Shown: in pieces, positions 1 through 8,808 of the stretch | Numbering within the stretch: position 1 is the stretch's first letter | Layout: each line of letters begins with the position of its first letter | Source of the DNA: Candidatus Izemoplasma sp. | GTDB lineage: Bacteria; Bacillota_I; Bacilli_A; Izemoplasmatales; Izemoplasmataceae | NCBI GenBank assembly: GCA_041554935.1 | Contig: JBFFLJ010000010.1 | Coordinates: 14,540-38,539 of the forward strand | Reading direction: 5' to 3' | Length of the DNA stretch: 24,000 bases | Notes under the pieces: model-generated | The model's database searches: none | What the model saw: only the letters and a program-made list of their open reading frames with translations | What the model was told of the DNA's origin: nothing | Position numbers and translations under genes: made by a program

Positions 1-2
1 TA

Positions 3-161
3 ACAACATTAAAGAAACGCAGCATTATCGCTTTGGTTATTGATGATTTATTATTCAATGTCATCATGAAAATCATGCCTAATGATTATGATATTTTAAA
101 AGAATTCGCATTAAAAAGAGTCGCTGAACTACAAAATGAGATGGGTGAATTAGATGAATAA
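3..161 (+). CDS. 3' end of an unidentified upstream gene (partial, runs off the left edge)
   Basis: Frame 3 is open from the window edge (TTLKKRSIIALVIDDLLFNVIMKIMPNDYDILKEFALKRVAELQNEMGELDE) to TAA at 159-161. It overlaps the next gene's ATG (154) by 8 nt, a typical operon junction. Only 52 codons are visible and I recognise no motif. Confidence 0.35.
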   Translation, partial: TTLKKRSIIALVIDDLLFNVIMKIMPNDYDILKEFALKRVAELQNEMGELDE

Positions 162-2247
162 GTTTTATTCGTATTTAGATGACTTTTACCAAATCACAAT
201 CATCGTCCCAACAACGTACCGTGAACATGATATTCCATGTTTTAAAGTTGTTGGAAATGACGAAGAAATCGATCTTGAAATTGAGACAATCGAAATCATT
301 GGATTCGAAAAGAAATACACCACTAGATTTGATGGATATATCTTGTTAAATAAGATGTATTACGTTTTTGATGATCAAGGGGAATCTAGTGAGTTATACA
401 CTGGAAAAATTGTTAGAACGGAATTATTTGACGATATCTACTATTATGAACAGAGTGATCTTGGTTCGTCGTATCGTCGTGACCGTACAAAATTTAAAAT
501 CTGGACACCTGTCGCAAAATACATGAAACTAGAGCTCATCGATAAACAAGGAAATATTGAAATTCATGAAATGGAATACGATAATCAGGGTGTATGGTAT
601 TTACGTTTACGTGGGAACTATGAAGGATTTAAATACCGTTATATTTCTTATGTGAATGGGAAAGAACATAAACTGACAGATCCTTATGGAATAAGCAGTA
701 GTGCCAACGCCGAATATAGTTATGTTGTTGATCCTGCCAATTTCTATAAAATGGAGAGTCAACGCCCAAAATTTTCTGGAGTTCCAAATGATGCAGTCAT
801 ATATGAAACCAATGTCCGCGACTTCACAATCAGTGATTCTATTAACGCAACATATCCTGGAAAATACAAAAGCTTCACAGAATCAAACTTAGTGACAAAA
901 CAAGGAAACCCTGCGGGAATAGATTATTTAAAAACAATTGGAATTACACATGTTCAGTTAATGCCAATTTTTGATTTTGGTGGTGTTGATGAATTACAAC
1001 CTAACAAACTATATAATTGGGGATATAACCCCGAACAATATAATGTCCCAGAAGGATGGTATGCGACAGATCCAAATGATCCATATTCTCGCATCAATGA
1101 ACTCAAAGAAATGATTGACAATCTCCATCAAGAAAACCTCCGAGTTGTGATGGATGTTGTGTACAATCACATCTATAATATCAAAACCTTCCCTTTTGAA
1201 AAAATTATTCCTGGTTACGCGTATCGCTTTGATGAAACAGGCCATTTAACAAATTCAAGTGGATGTGATAATGATCTTGCCACAGAACGAAGAATGATCC
1301 GTAAATATATTATTGATAGTGTTTTATTTTGGGCAAAAGAATACAAAATTGATGGCTTCCGCTTTGATTTAATGGGATTAATCGATGTCAAAACAATGAA
1401 TACATTACGTCAAAAATTAGACCGTTTCCGCACCGATATCATCGTATATGGTGAGGGTTGGCGTATGGCAACTGCAATTGGAGAAGAACGCGCTGCACAT
1501 ATGTATAACAAACATTTACTATTTAACATTGGACATTTCAATGATAAAACACGTGAATTCATTAAAGGAGCAACATTTAGTCTCAAACAAAAAGGCTATG
1601 CCTTAGGTAACAACAGTCATGTTGAAGACATCAAAAATATCATCAAAGGGAGTGCGTCAAACAAATACTTGTTCCGCTATCCTTCGCAATCAATCAACTA
1701 TGTTGAATGTCATGACAACAACACTTTATTTGATAAAGCAACAAGCGCCTTAGAAGGTGAATCAGCTGCCGATATCAAACGATACCAACGACTTGCGACA
1801 GCAATCGTGATTTTGTCCCAAGGGGTTCCCTTCCTGCATTCGGGACAGGAATTTTATCGAACTAAAAATAAAGTCGAAAATTCATATCGTAGTCCCGACA
1901 GTATCAATCAAATTAATTGGGATTTATTAGATGAAAATCTGGATGACACACTATGGGTAAAAGAATTACTTCGCATTCGGAAAAAATATGATTTATTCCG
2001 CTTGACAGCCCCATCAAAAATTCGTGACTATATTCAAGTTGTGTTCCATGAATCAGGAACAATTGAGTACCATTTAAAAGATCTTGAACACGACCTAATT
2101 GTTATCTTCAAAAATAATAAAGTACATGAATCAATTGACTTACAGGCTAAGTATACGTTAATATTTGATGGTGAGGAACGCTCGCGTCGTATTACAACAA
2201 ATATTGAACTAACAGAAATTTCGACATATATATTAAAAAGAAAATAG
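154..2247 (+). CDS. pulA: Type I pullulanase / glycogen-debranching enzyme (GH13, AmyX/PulA-like), apparently cytoplasmic
   Basis: 697-aa ORF with the type I pullulanase signature YNWGYNP and the four GH13 conserved regions: VVMDVVYNH, DGFRFDLMG, YGEGW, YVECHDN. An N-terminal CBM48/E-set-like stretch is present (FKIWTPVAKYMKLEL...GVWYLRL). No signal peptide at the N-terminus. GGTGA lies 5 nt upstream of the ATG. Confidence 0.9.
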   Translation: MNKFYSYLDDFYQITIIVPTTYREHDIPCFKVVGNDEEIDLEIETIEIIGFEKKYTTRFDGYILLNKMYYVFDDQGESSELYTGKIVRTELFDDIYYYEQSDLGSSYRRDRTKFKIWTPVAKYMKLELIDKQGNIEIHEMEYDNQGVWYLRLRGNYEGFKYRYISYVNGKEHKLTDPYGISSSANAEYSYVVDPANFYKMESQRPKFSGVPNDAVIYETNVRDFTISDSINATYPGKYKSFTESNLVTKQGNPAGIDYLKTIGITHVQLMPIFDFGGVDELQPNKLYNWGYNPEQYNVPEGWYATDPNDPYSRINELKEMIDNLHQENLRVVMDVVYNHIYNIKTFPFEKIIPGYAYRFDETGHLTNSSGCDNDLATERRMIRKYIIDSVLFWAKEYKIDGFRFDLMGLIDVKTMNTLRQKLDRFRTDIIVYGEGWRMATAIGEERAAHMYNKHLLFNIGHFNDKTREFIKGATFSLKQKGYALGNNSHVEDIKNIIKGSASNKYLFRYPSQSINYVECHDNNTLFDKATSALEGESAADIKRYQRLATAIVILSQGVPFLHSGQEFYRTKNKVENSYRSPDSINQINWDLLDENLDDTLWVKELLRIRKKYDLFRLTAPSKIRDYIQVVFHESGTIEYHLKDLEHDLIVIFKNNKVHESIDLQAKYTLIFDGEERSRRITTNIELTEISTYILKRK

Positions 2248-3156
2248 GTGATGGTATTGAATAACTTTTATGCCAAAGTAACAGCAATCAATGAAACAAC
2301 ATATGATACGAATACATTAAGTGTCTCAACAGAATCGCAAGAACGACTTACCTTGCGAATTGATCAAACAATCGCAATCGAAAATAATGCCGTATATTAT
2401 TTTGTCGCAGAACCAATCATATTCAAAGAACGTGAACAATTCTTAGTGAGTTCTGCTCAAAAAATTGACGATTTACAATTGCCTTTCCCAGAACTTTCAA
2501 GATTGATGCAAGTTTTTTATGAGTTTGCACCAGTGGATATGAATATCGTGAAAGAGACGATTGAAGGATACTTGCAACGACTTGAAAATAAGATTATCAA
2601 AGAAATCGTAATGGCATTATATAATAAATATGAAGAAGTATTTTATTTATATCCTGCCGCAACAAAATTCCACCATGCATATATCGGTGGGTTAAGTTAT
2701 CATACATCAACAATGTTGCGACTAATGGATGGCTTTAAAAATGTTTACGCATTCTTAAATCAAGATTTACTAATCGCCGGAATTATCCTCCACGATATTT
2801 ATAAAACACAAGAACTAACCAATTATGCTGGACCAGAATATTCTAAAGAGGGAAAACTTCTTGGTCATATCACAATGGGCGTAAAAGGCATTGAACTAAC
2901 TGCCTTTGAACTAGGATATCATCAAACAGAAGAAGCATTATTGTTAGAACATATGGTGTTATCACATCATTATTATGGTAATTTTGGTTCTCCAAAAAAA
3001 CCAATGATTCCTGAAGCCCTGGCGCTTCACTTTATTGATAATATTGATTCAAAAATGACAGTCCTAGAAGAAGAACTTGGGCAAACAGAACCAGGTGAAT
3101 TTACATCTCCAATTGCTGTTGCTGATCGCGAAAAATACTATAAATCAAAATTATAA
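2248..3156 (+). CDS. yhaM: 3'-5' exoribonuclease YhaM (OB-fold + HD domain)
   Basis: The 302-aa ORF is colinear with my recollection of B. subtilis YhaM: YPAATKFHHAYIGGLSYHT, ILHDIYK, LLGHITMG, LSHHYYGNFGSPKKPMIPEALALHFIDNIDSKM. It starts immediately after the pullulanase stop (TAG GTG ATG). The exact start is uncertain (GTG 2248, ATG 2251 or TTG 2257). Confidence 0.85.
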   Translation: MMVLNNFYAKVTAINETTYDTNTLSVSTESQERLTLRIDQTIAIENNAVYYFVAEPIIFKEREQFLVSSAQKIDDLQLPFPELSRLMQVFYEFAPVDMNIVKETIEGYLQRLENKIIKEIVMALYNKYEEVFYLYPAATKFHHAYIGGLSYHTSTMLRLMDGFKNVYAFLNQDLLIAGIILHDIYKTQELTNYAGPEYSKEGKLLGHITMGVKGIELTAFELGYHQTEEALLLEHMVLSHHYYGNFGSPKKPMIPEALALHFIDNIDSKMTVLEEELGQTEPGEFTSPIAVADREKYYKSKL

Positions 3157-3161
3157 AAAAA

Positions 3162-3195
3162 ACACCCTACATTGAATCAATGTAGGGTGTTTTTT
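3162..3195. terminator. Bidirectional rho-independent terminator between convergent yhaM and fbp
   Basis: Perfect 13-bp inverted repeat: acaccctacattg (3162-3174) / caatgtagggtgt (3178-3190). It is flanked by an A-run upstream and a T-run downstream, so it forms a hairpin plus U-tract on either strand. Confidence 0.8.
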
Positions 3196-5155
3196 AATTG
3201 TGTTTCGAAGTTTCCTTTATCATCCCGCTGCGGTACGCATCAAGAAGTTTATATAGATCATTGATCTCAACTTGAATTTGTTCACCCTTATCTGTATCAT
3301 AAACATATTCACGATCCGTATGAACATCCTCACTACGAACTAAACTAATAATATCCTGTTCTTTTTCAATTAGTTCTTCAACAGATGGGAAGCGTTCATG
3401 AGAGACTAAAAATATTTTATATGAATCGACAACCAGTGTATATCCACCAATTCCAATTTTTGATTGGTATTGTTTGCTCATACCACCATCAATCGCATAA
3501 ATCTTGCCGTTGGCTTTGACAGGATTGTCGCCAACAGTAATATCGTTTGGAACATGGCCATTGATGATTTTTGATTTCTTGAAATGCAGTCCGAATTCAT
3601 CATATATTTGACGCAACACAGTTTCATTTTCACGAAGTGTAAAATATTCATTCATTGTTTCATGATGCGTCGTTTTATCACCAATAAAATATCGTTGAAA
3701 GTTTTTCATTTGTTTTTTACCAAATAGTGGTGAAGATTCACCTTGCCAGAGAAATACAAAATAGTCACGTTCGAGATTTGTTGTATTATAGCGATTCAAA
3801 TATGCCGAGCGTACTTTCATATCAAGTTCATCAAATAAAGCTTTTCCAGAATAGGATATTCCATCAATCATCATCGTTGAAAACGAACCATCTTGATTCA
3901 ACGGTATACAACCGTGGAATAAAAGATTTTGATTGTATTTTAAATACATTTGGCCGCGATGAAATAAAAACTTAATATGACGTTGTAACAAATCATTGTT
4001 TAAAAAAGCGTTTTTTAATTGCTGAATCACTTCATACTCATCCTTCGTTAATTGATATGGATTGCCAGAATCAATCGTCGGGAAATTACCATCTAATAAT
4101 GAATATGTTTTACCGTCGATATCGACAGTTTGTTTTTTATAATCAATCTTATCTAAATATAATTGATTTGCTAAATTGAAGTTAGGATTTCGAGTGAAAA
4201 CCTCTTGTTCAAGTTTAAATTGGATTACTGTAATTGCCTTGTGAATTTTTGCCACCATATTTTTTTTATCGTGGTCCATCGGTGAAAGTGATTTTGGTAA
4301 AAATAAAGTGCAATCATCACCACCATAATGTTTATATGCAAGTTGAACCAGTGGAAGAAGATTGATACCATACCCCTCTTCTAATGTATCAAGAGTATTG
4401 TATTTTGCACTGTTCCTCAAAACATTACAAATCGAAACCTCACTACCACATGCGGCACCCATCCAAATGACATCATGGTTTCCCCATTCAATATCAATCG
4501 AGTGATATTTCATCATTTTATTCAATACAATGTGAGAACTTGGTCCACGATCAAAAATATCACCAACAACATGAAGACGATCAATTGTCAGTCTCTGAAT
4601 GAAACGTGCTAATTCAATCAAAAAGTTTTTCTCACGCTTTGTTTTAAAAATCGCATCAAGAATCGCATTATAGTATCGACTTTTATCAACATTCGTACTA
4701 CTCTCATATAATAATTCTTGAATGATATATGAAAACTCTTCAGGAAGAGTTTTTTGTAATCGACTTTTTGTATACTTTTGTGATAAATGTTTGGAAAGAA
4801 TAATTAAATCTAACAAAATAGATCTCATAAAAGGTAAAAATTCGCTTGTTGTCATTAACTGTTCATATTTATGAATCATTTGTTTAGGATAATAAGCAAA
4901 AAAAGCTAATTGATTTTGTTCTAAATCATTTTTGTTAGGAAAATATTGCGAGATTTTATCACGAATAACGCCCGAACCATTCTTAATAAAGTGATTGAAC
5001 GTATCGTATTCCCCATGAATATCAGATAAAAAATGTTCTGTCCCTTTTGGCAAGTTTAGGATTGCCGTTAGATTTATTAGTTCCGTACTTACCTGTTGTA
5101 CAGAAGGAAATTCTTTTGATAATTGTAATAAATACTTTAGTTCATATGCCTCCAT
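3194..5155 (-). CDS. fbp: Fructose-1,6-bisphosphatase, class 3 (Firmicute Fbp/YydE type)
   Basis: Motifs LNLPKGTEHFLSDIHGEYDTF, HVVGDIFDRGP and WGNHDVIWMGA match class 3 FBPase. The ORF track extends to 5233, but the internal ATG at 5155 (MEAYELKYLL...) follows GAGGAGGA (5161-5168, minus strand) with a 4-nt spacer (cact). It also aligns with where the B. subtilis protein's conserved region begins. The 78-nt extension has no RBS and contains a promoter-like element. Confidence 0.9.
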   Translation of the reverse strand: MEAYELKYLLQLSKEFPSVQQVSTELINLTAILNLPKGTEHFLSDIHGEYDTFNHFIKNGSGVIRDKISQYFPNKNDLEQNQLAFFAYYPKQMIHKYEQLMTTSEFLPFMRSILLDLIILSKHLSQKYTKSRLQKTLPEEFSYIIQELLYESSTNVDKSRYYNAILDAIFKTKREKNFLIELARFIQRLTIDRLHVVGDIFDRGPSSHIVLNKMMKYHSIDIEWGNHDVIWMGAACGSEVSICNVLRNSAKYNTLDTLEEGYGINLLPLVQLAYKHYGGDDCTLFLPKSLSPMDHDKKNMVAKIHKAITVIQFKLEQEVFTRNPNFNLANQLYLDKIDYKKQTVDIDGKTYSLLDGNFPTIDSGNPYQLTKDEYEVIQQLKNAFLNNDLLQRHIKFLFHRGQMYLKYNQNLLFHGCIPLNQDGSFSTMMIDGISYSGKALFDELDMKVRSAYLNRYNTTNLERDYFVFLWQGESSPLFGKKQMKNFQRYFIGDKTTHHETMNEYFTLRENETVLRQIYDEFGLHFKKSKIINGHVPNDITVGDNPVKANGKIYAIDGGMSKQYQSKIGIGGYTLVVDSYKIFLVSHERFPSVEELIEKEQDIISLVRSEDVHTDREYVYDTDKGEQIQVEINDLYKLLDAYRSGMIKETSKHN

Positions 5156-5198
5156 AGTGTCCTCCTCATAATCATTAAAACGTAATTTCTTTAAATAT

Positions 5199-5207
5199 AT
5201 TATACCA
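5199..5207 (-). promoter_or_regulatory. Extended -10 promoter element for fbp
   Basis: The minus strand reads aTGgTATAAT (TGnTATAAT). It sits ~45 nt upstream of the ATG at 5155 and downstream of the terminator of the preceding minus-strand gene. No good -35 is present, which is tolerated with an extended -10. Confidence 0.45.
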
Positions 5208-5254
5208 TTTTTATCGTCAATTCTATGATACATTTATAATATAATGAATGAAAA

Positions 5255-5285
5255 GAAAAAGTCCTGTACGAATACAGGACTTTAT
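5255..5285 (-). terminator. Rho-independent terminator of the 841-aa lipoprotein gene
   Basis: The minus strand reads aaagtcctgta-ttcg-tacaggacttt followed by ttcttttc (stem 5261-5268 / 5273-5280). It lies 12 nt after the stop codon at 5297-5299. Confidence 0.75.
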
Positions 5286-5296
5286 TAATTAAAAAA

Positions 5297-7822
5297 TTAT
5301 GAAGTTGGATAAGCAACAAATTTATCAGGGAAATTTGCTTTATATAAAATATCTAAAATATCCTGTAATTCTGTTTGTCTATCAGCATCATTTACTGTGA
5401 ATTCAACATTGTGATCAACCATGTAGTTTCCAATTAGAATCACAAAACCAGTTTGATTCGTGTAAGCATCGAATACAGGACCGAAGTAATATTCAACTGC
5501 TTGGTACACACTTGTAGGTAACATCTTCGTACTTACATTTCCGGCATCTTCATCCGCTTTGATTTCTAAATAGATAGCGATTTGTGCTTCAGATGGAATG
5601 ATTTGATCATTCTCTGAACCTTCACTATAACTTGGGGTAGCTCCATCTTCATATTGAAAGTAAGCAGTAGGCATTTCAAATGCAGTACCTTTTGTAGCGG
5701 TTAAGAAATGAACTCCGAAATCAGAAACAGTAACTTGATCATCAATATACTCATCATTTTCGATATTTTCTGGTAAGTTATATAAAGTATAAATACGTTT
5801 TAATGAAGCAGCAAAATCTGGATCTAAACTTTGTAAGTAAGTTTGATCAATTTCACCTAACTCTTCAGTTTTAATATAGAAACCATATTCTTTATATGGT
5901 GCCCAAATATTTTCGGTATCATCGATTAAACTATTTTCAAATTCACTTACAATGGTTGGAAATGTTTTATCTAATAGCAATTGTGCTTTAATTAAATCTT
6001 CAAAATCACCACGAAGTGTATTATATTCAGCTTCTCCGATTGAATCTAATGAATCGATATAATCGTTAAAACTATCTGGAACAAAGTCCATATCACGATC
6101 AAGGAAAATCAATAAATGATCAACATTTAAACTAAAATATGTTGTAATTTGATCTTGCATATATGCTTGATATTGACTGTAGCCTATTGTATCTAGGATC
6201 AACCCTAAATCTAATTCTTGAATAATATAATACGATTCAATAACATCAGCTTCTGTTGGGGCATTGAATGCTAATAACAAGAAGTCATCCCAACTCATTG
6301 ATGCTGCGTATTCACTTTGGGTGAAATTCGTCTTCACTAGACGAAGTGCATCTCTGTGTTCTATCATTGTTGTAGCTTTTGAGTTCAAGTAATCTCTACT
6401 TTCACCATAAAGTGAAACATAGTCATCAGAATTTATAGTAATTTCCGTTTTTGCAGCTTCAAATGCGTAGAAGATTCCAACACGGTTTGCCATAAAGTCA
6501 AACAACTCTTGAGCTGTTATTTCTTCATCACCAATAGTAGCGACAAGAGTAGTAGAACCTTCATTGTCAAATGGTTTATCATCGGTATATTCATAAACGA
6601 TTTTTAAGAAAGGATCAAATACTTCATAATCTCCCTCTTCATATAAATCGCTCATCAGATTTCCAATAGCTTGGTCATTAACAACTTCTAACAATAAGTC
6701 ATCAAGAACCGCATCTAATTCTGTTTGAGTCAAATCTTCAAATGCTGTAACTGAATCTTGTGAAACTTTGTAAACCATGTATATAAAGTCACCAATTGCT
6801 TTTGAAGTAGTATATGTAAATGGAGTAATTCCTTCATTATCTAAATCAAGTGTATTAAATGCATAGTTTGCATATACAAAAATCGGATCTGTTGTTTCAC
6901 GATATTCTGTTAAATCATTATAGTTTCTTGTAGATTCATCACTGTAATTTGTACAGTACTCCGCTTGTCTATCTGCAGGAGTAGTAGAAGTTAAAACAAT
7001 TGGATCTAACCATGGATAGATATAATTGTACATTTGTAAGTAATATTCAAATACTTCATCATTTGTCAACAATGTTGTATTTGTATCATCAAAATCAGCT
7101 CTTGCAACATCTTCAATTGGTTCTGTTCCTGAATATAATCCAAGACCAGTTAACTCATCTTCATTTGTGTAAGTATAAACCAAATTGAAATGCTCTAATA
7201 CCATTGAAGCTTCTGTTGAACTTGAAAATCTTAAATCAACAACACAAGAATCTCCATACGTATTTTCATCATAGTATGATTGCAAAGCTTCGTCAGTAAT
7301 AAACAAAGCATCTCCTTCAGTAGCAGATAAGATTTGAGCTTTTAAATAATTGCTTTTCGCAATATCTAATTCAACGTATTCTTTTAAACTGGCTGGATCA
7401 AATGGGTTATATCCCAAAACACCAAGTCTTTGATTGAATACATTAATGTACTCTTCATTAACATCAGGATTAGCCTGAATTCTTGCAACTACTTCAGGAT
7501 CTTCAGTTAAATATTTTAACCTTGAAACATACGCATCAACTTCATCCTGCGATATTGCATCTCCTGTATAATCAGCAAGTAAGATATAGTCAACATATTG
7601 TTCTAAGTACGAAACACCATCAGTATTTCTCATAGCTTCCCATAATTCTTGGTTTGTAATTGTAATGCCATCATCTAGACTTAAGAAAATTCCATCTGGA
7701 TTATCAATTGTTGGAACTTCTTGGTCTTTATTAAAAATAAATTCGCATCCAACTGCGATGAGAATAATAATTAAAAAAGTACCTAGTATTAATGATGCTC
7801 TGATAATAACGGCTTTGTTCAT
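5297..7822 (-). CDS. Large, highly acidic membrane-anchored lipoprotein; putative PrsA/SurA-like extracytoplasmic foldase with an expanded parvulin-like domain
   Basis: 841-aa ORF with strong RBS AAGGAGTGA. The N-terminal hydrophobic segment ends in the lipobox-like IAVGC. Two SurA_N/PrsA-N-like segments are present (GITITNQELWEAMRNTDGVSYLEQYVDYILL; EEITAQELFDFMANRVGIFYAFEAAK). A parvulin-like pair of motifs is present (NVDHLLIF at aa 566-573 and SDFGVHFLTATKG at aa 700-712; compare PrsA ASHILV ... YGYHIIK). D/E/Y are very abundant and K/R are few. The CDS is firm; the function is inferred from weak motifs. Confidence 0.8.
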   Translation of the reverse strand: MNKAVIIRASLILGTFLIIILIAVGCEFIFNKDQEVPTIDNPDGIFLSLDDGITITNQELWEAMRNTDGVSYLEQYVDYILLADYTGDAISQDEVDAYVSRLKYLTEDPEVVARIQANPDVNEEYINVFNQRLGVLGYNPFDPASLKEYVELDIAKSNYLKAQILSATEGDALFITDEALQSYYDENTYGDSCVVDLRFSSSTEASMVLEHFNLVYTYTNEDELTGLGLYSGTEPIEDVARADFDDTNTTLLTNDEVFEYYLQMYNYIYPWLDPIVLTSTTPADRQAEYCTNYSDESTRNYNDLTEYRETTDPIFVYANYAFNTLDLDNEGITPFTYTTSKAIGDFIYMVYKVSQDSVTAFEDLTQTELDAVLDDLLLEVVNDQAIGNLMSDLYEEGDYEVFDPFLKIVYEYTDDKPFDNEGSTTLVATIGDEEITAQELFDFMANRVGIFYAFEAAKTEITINSDDYVSLYGESRDYLNSKATTMIEHRDALRLVKTNFTQSEYAASMSWDDFLLLAFNAPTEADVIESYYIIQELDLGLILDTIGYSQYQAYMQDQITTYFSLNVDHLLIFLDRDMDFVPDSFNDYIDSLDSIGEAEYNTLRGDFEDLIKAQLLLDKTFPTIVSEFENSLIDDTENIWAPYKEYGFYIKTEELGEIDQTYLQSLDPDFAASLKRIYTLYNLPENIENDEYIDDQVTVSDFGVHFLTATKGTAFEMPTAYFQYEDGATPSYSEGSENDQIIPSEAQIAIYLEIKADEDAGNVSTKMLPTSVYQAVEYYFGPVFDAYTNQTGFVILIGNYMVDHNVEFTVNDADRQTELQDILDILYKANFPDKFVAYPTS

Positions 7823-7955
7823 TTAGTATCACTCCTTATTATTTACGCAATATATATAATATCATTTTTATCATCATAACACAATACAAAATTTTGTATA
7901 ATACCTATAAAAAAACGCATCTTAAAAAGGCTATTGTGAAATACTCCTCATAATG

Positions 7956-7983
7956 TTGTATTTTTAACAAGTTATTGTATAAT
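7956..7983 (+). promoter_or_regulatory. Candidate sigma-A promoter for the MBL-fold/kinase operon
   Basis: TTGTAT (7956-7961), 16-nt spacer, TATAAT (7978-7983), with TG immediately 5' of the -10. It is followed by RBS GAGGTGA and the ATG at 8009. A second ttgtataata box at 7894-7903 could be an alternative start site. Confidence 0.35.
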
Positions 7984-8008
7984 AGTTGAGTACAGAAGAG
8001 GTGATTAT

Positions 8009-8797
8009 ATGAAGGTAACCGTATTAGGCAGTGGTAGTAAAGGAAATGTCACATATCTCGAAATCAATCAAACAAAGTTATTAATTGATTGTGGATTGAG
8101 TTATCGCCAAATAACTTCGCGGTTGACAGAACAGAATCTTGATTTAAGTGAGTTAGATGGTATTTTAATTACCCACGAACATACGGATCATATTGGTGGA
8201 CTAAATATGACTCTCAAAAAAACACCGACCACTTGTTATGTGACAGAAGATACATATCAATCATTCTTTTATAAGCAGGCGGAAAACATAAACGACCAAC
8301 AAGTTCAATTTATTGTTCCAAATCAGTTGTTTCAAATCAATGATATATCAATTTATCCGCTAAGTATTTCTCACGATTCAAGTGATGCTGTTGGCTATAT
8401 TTTTTATGCAGAAGATAAAAAAATTGTCTATATCACAGACATTGGATATTTACCAAAAAAAGATCATGAATTGTTACAAAATGCTGACATCTATATCTTT
8501 GAATCTAATTATGATGTAACGTTACTTTTTACCAGCTCAAGACCATTCTATTTGAAACAGCGTATTGACTCTGTCAAAGGACATATGTCAAATACGGATT
8601 CGGCTTATAATATGACACAATTAGTCGGAGATAAAACAAAACATATCATCCTTGCACACCCATCACGAGAGTGCAACACAGTGGATTTAGTTTTAGAGAC
8701 ATATCGTGAAGTATTCTCTGAATATGATCTACAAATAGAAGACTACAACATTACTGTGGCAACTCAAGATGTTCCCACAAAATTAATTGAATTTTAG
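8009..8797 (+). CDS. Metallo-beta-lactamase-fold hydrolase, YycJ/WalJ-like
   Basis: 262 aa. The N-terminus VTVLGSGSKGNVTYLEINQTKLLIDCGLS ... ILITHEHTDHIGG (HxHxDH metal motif), the length and the overall order match B. subtilis YycJ as I recall it. RBS GAGGTGA. Confidence 0.85.
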   Translation: MKVTVLGSGSKGNVTYLEINQTKLLIDCGLSYRQITSRLTEQNLDLSELDGILITHEHTDHIGGLNMTLKKTPTTCYVTEDTYQSFFYKQAENINDQQVQFIVPNQLFQINDISIYPLSISHDSSDAVGYIFYAEDKKIVYITDIGYLPKKDHELLQNADIYIFESNYDVTLLFTSSRPFYLKQRIDSVKGHMSNTDSAYNMTQLVGDKTKHIILAHPSRECNTVDLVLETYREVFSEYDLQIEDYNITVATQDVPTKLIEF

Positions 8798-8808
8798 GAG
8801 GTTATCCA

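Noticed and set aside
5156-5233. N-terminal 26-codon extension of fbp (MYHRIDDKNGIIYLKKLRFNDYEEDT).
   Set aside because: There is no RBS, no homology to the FBPase family, and it contains an extended -10 promoter element. The ATG at 5155 has a strong RBS.
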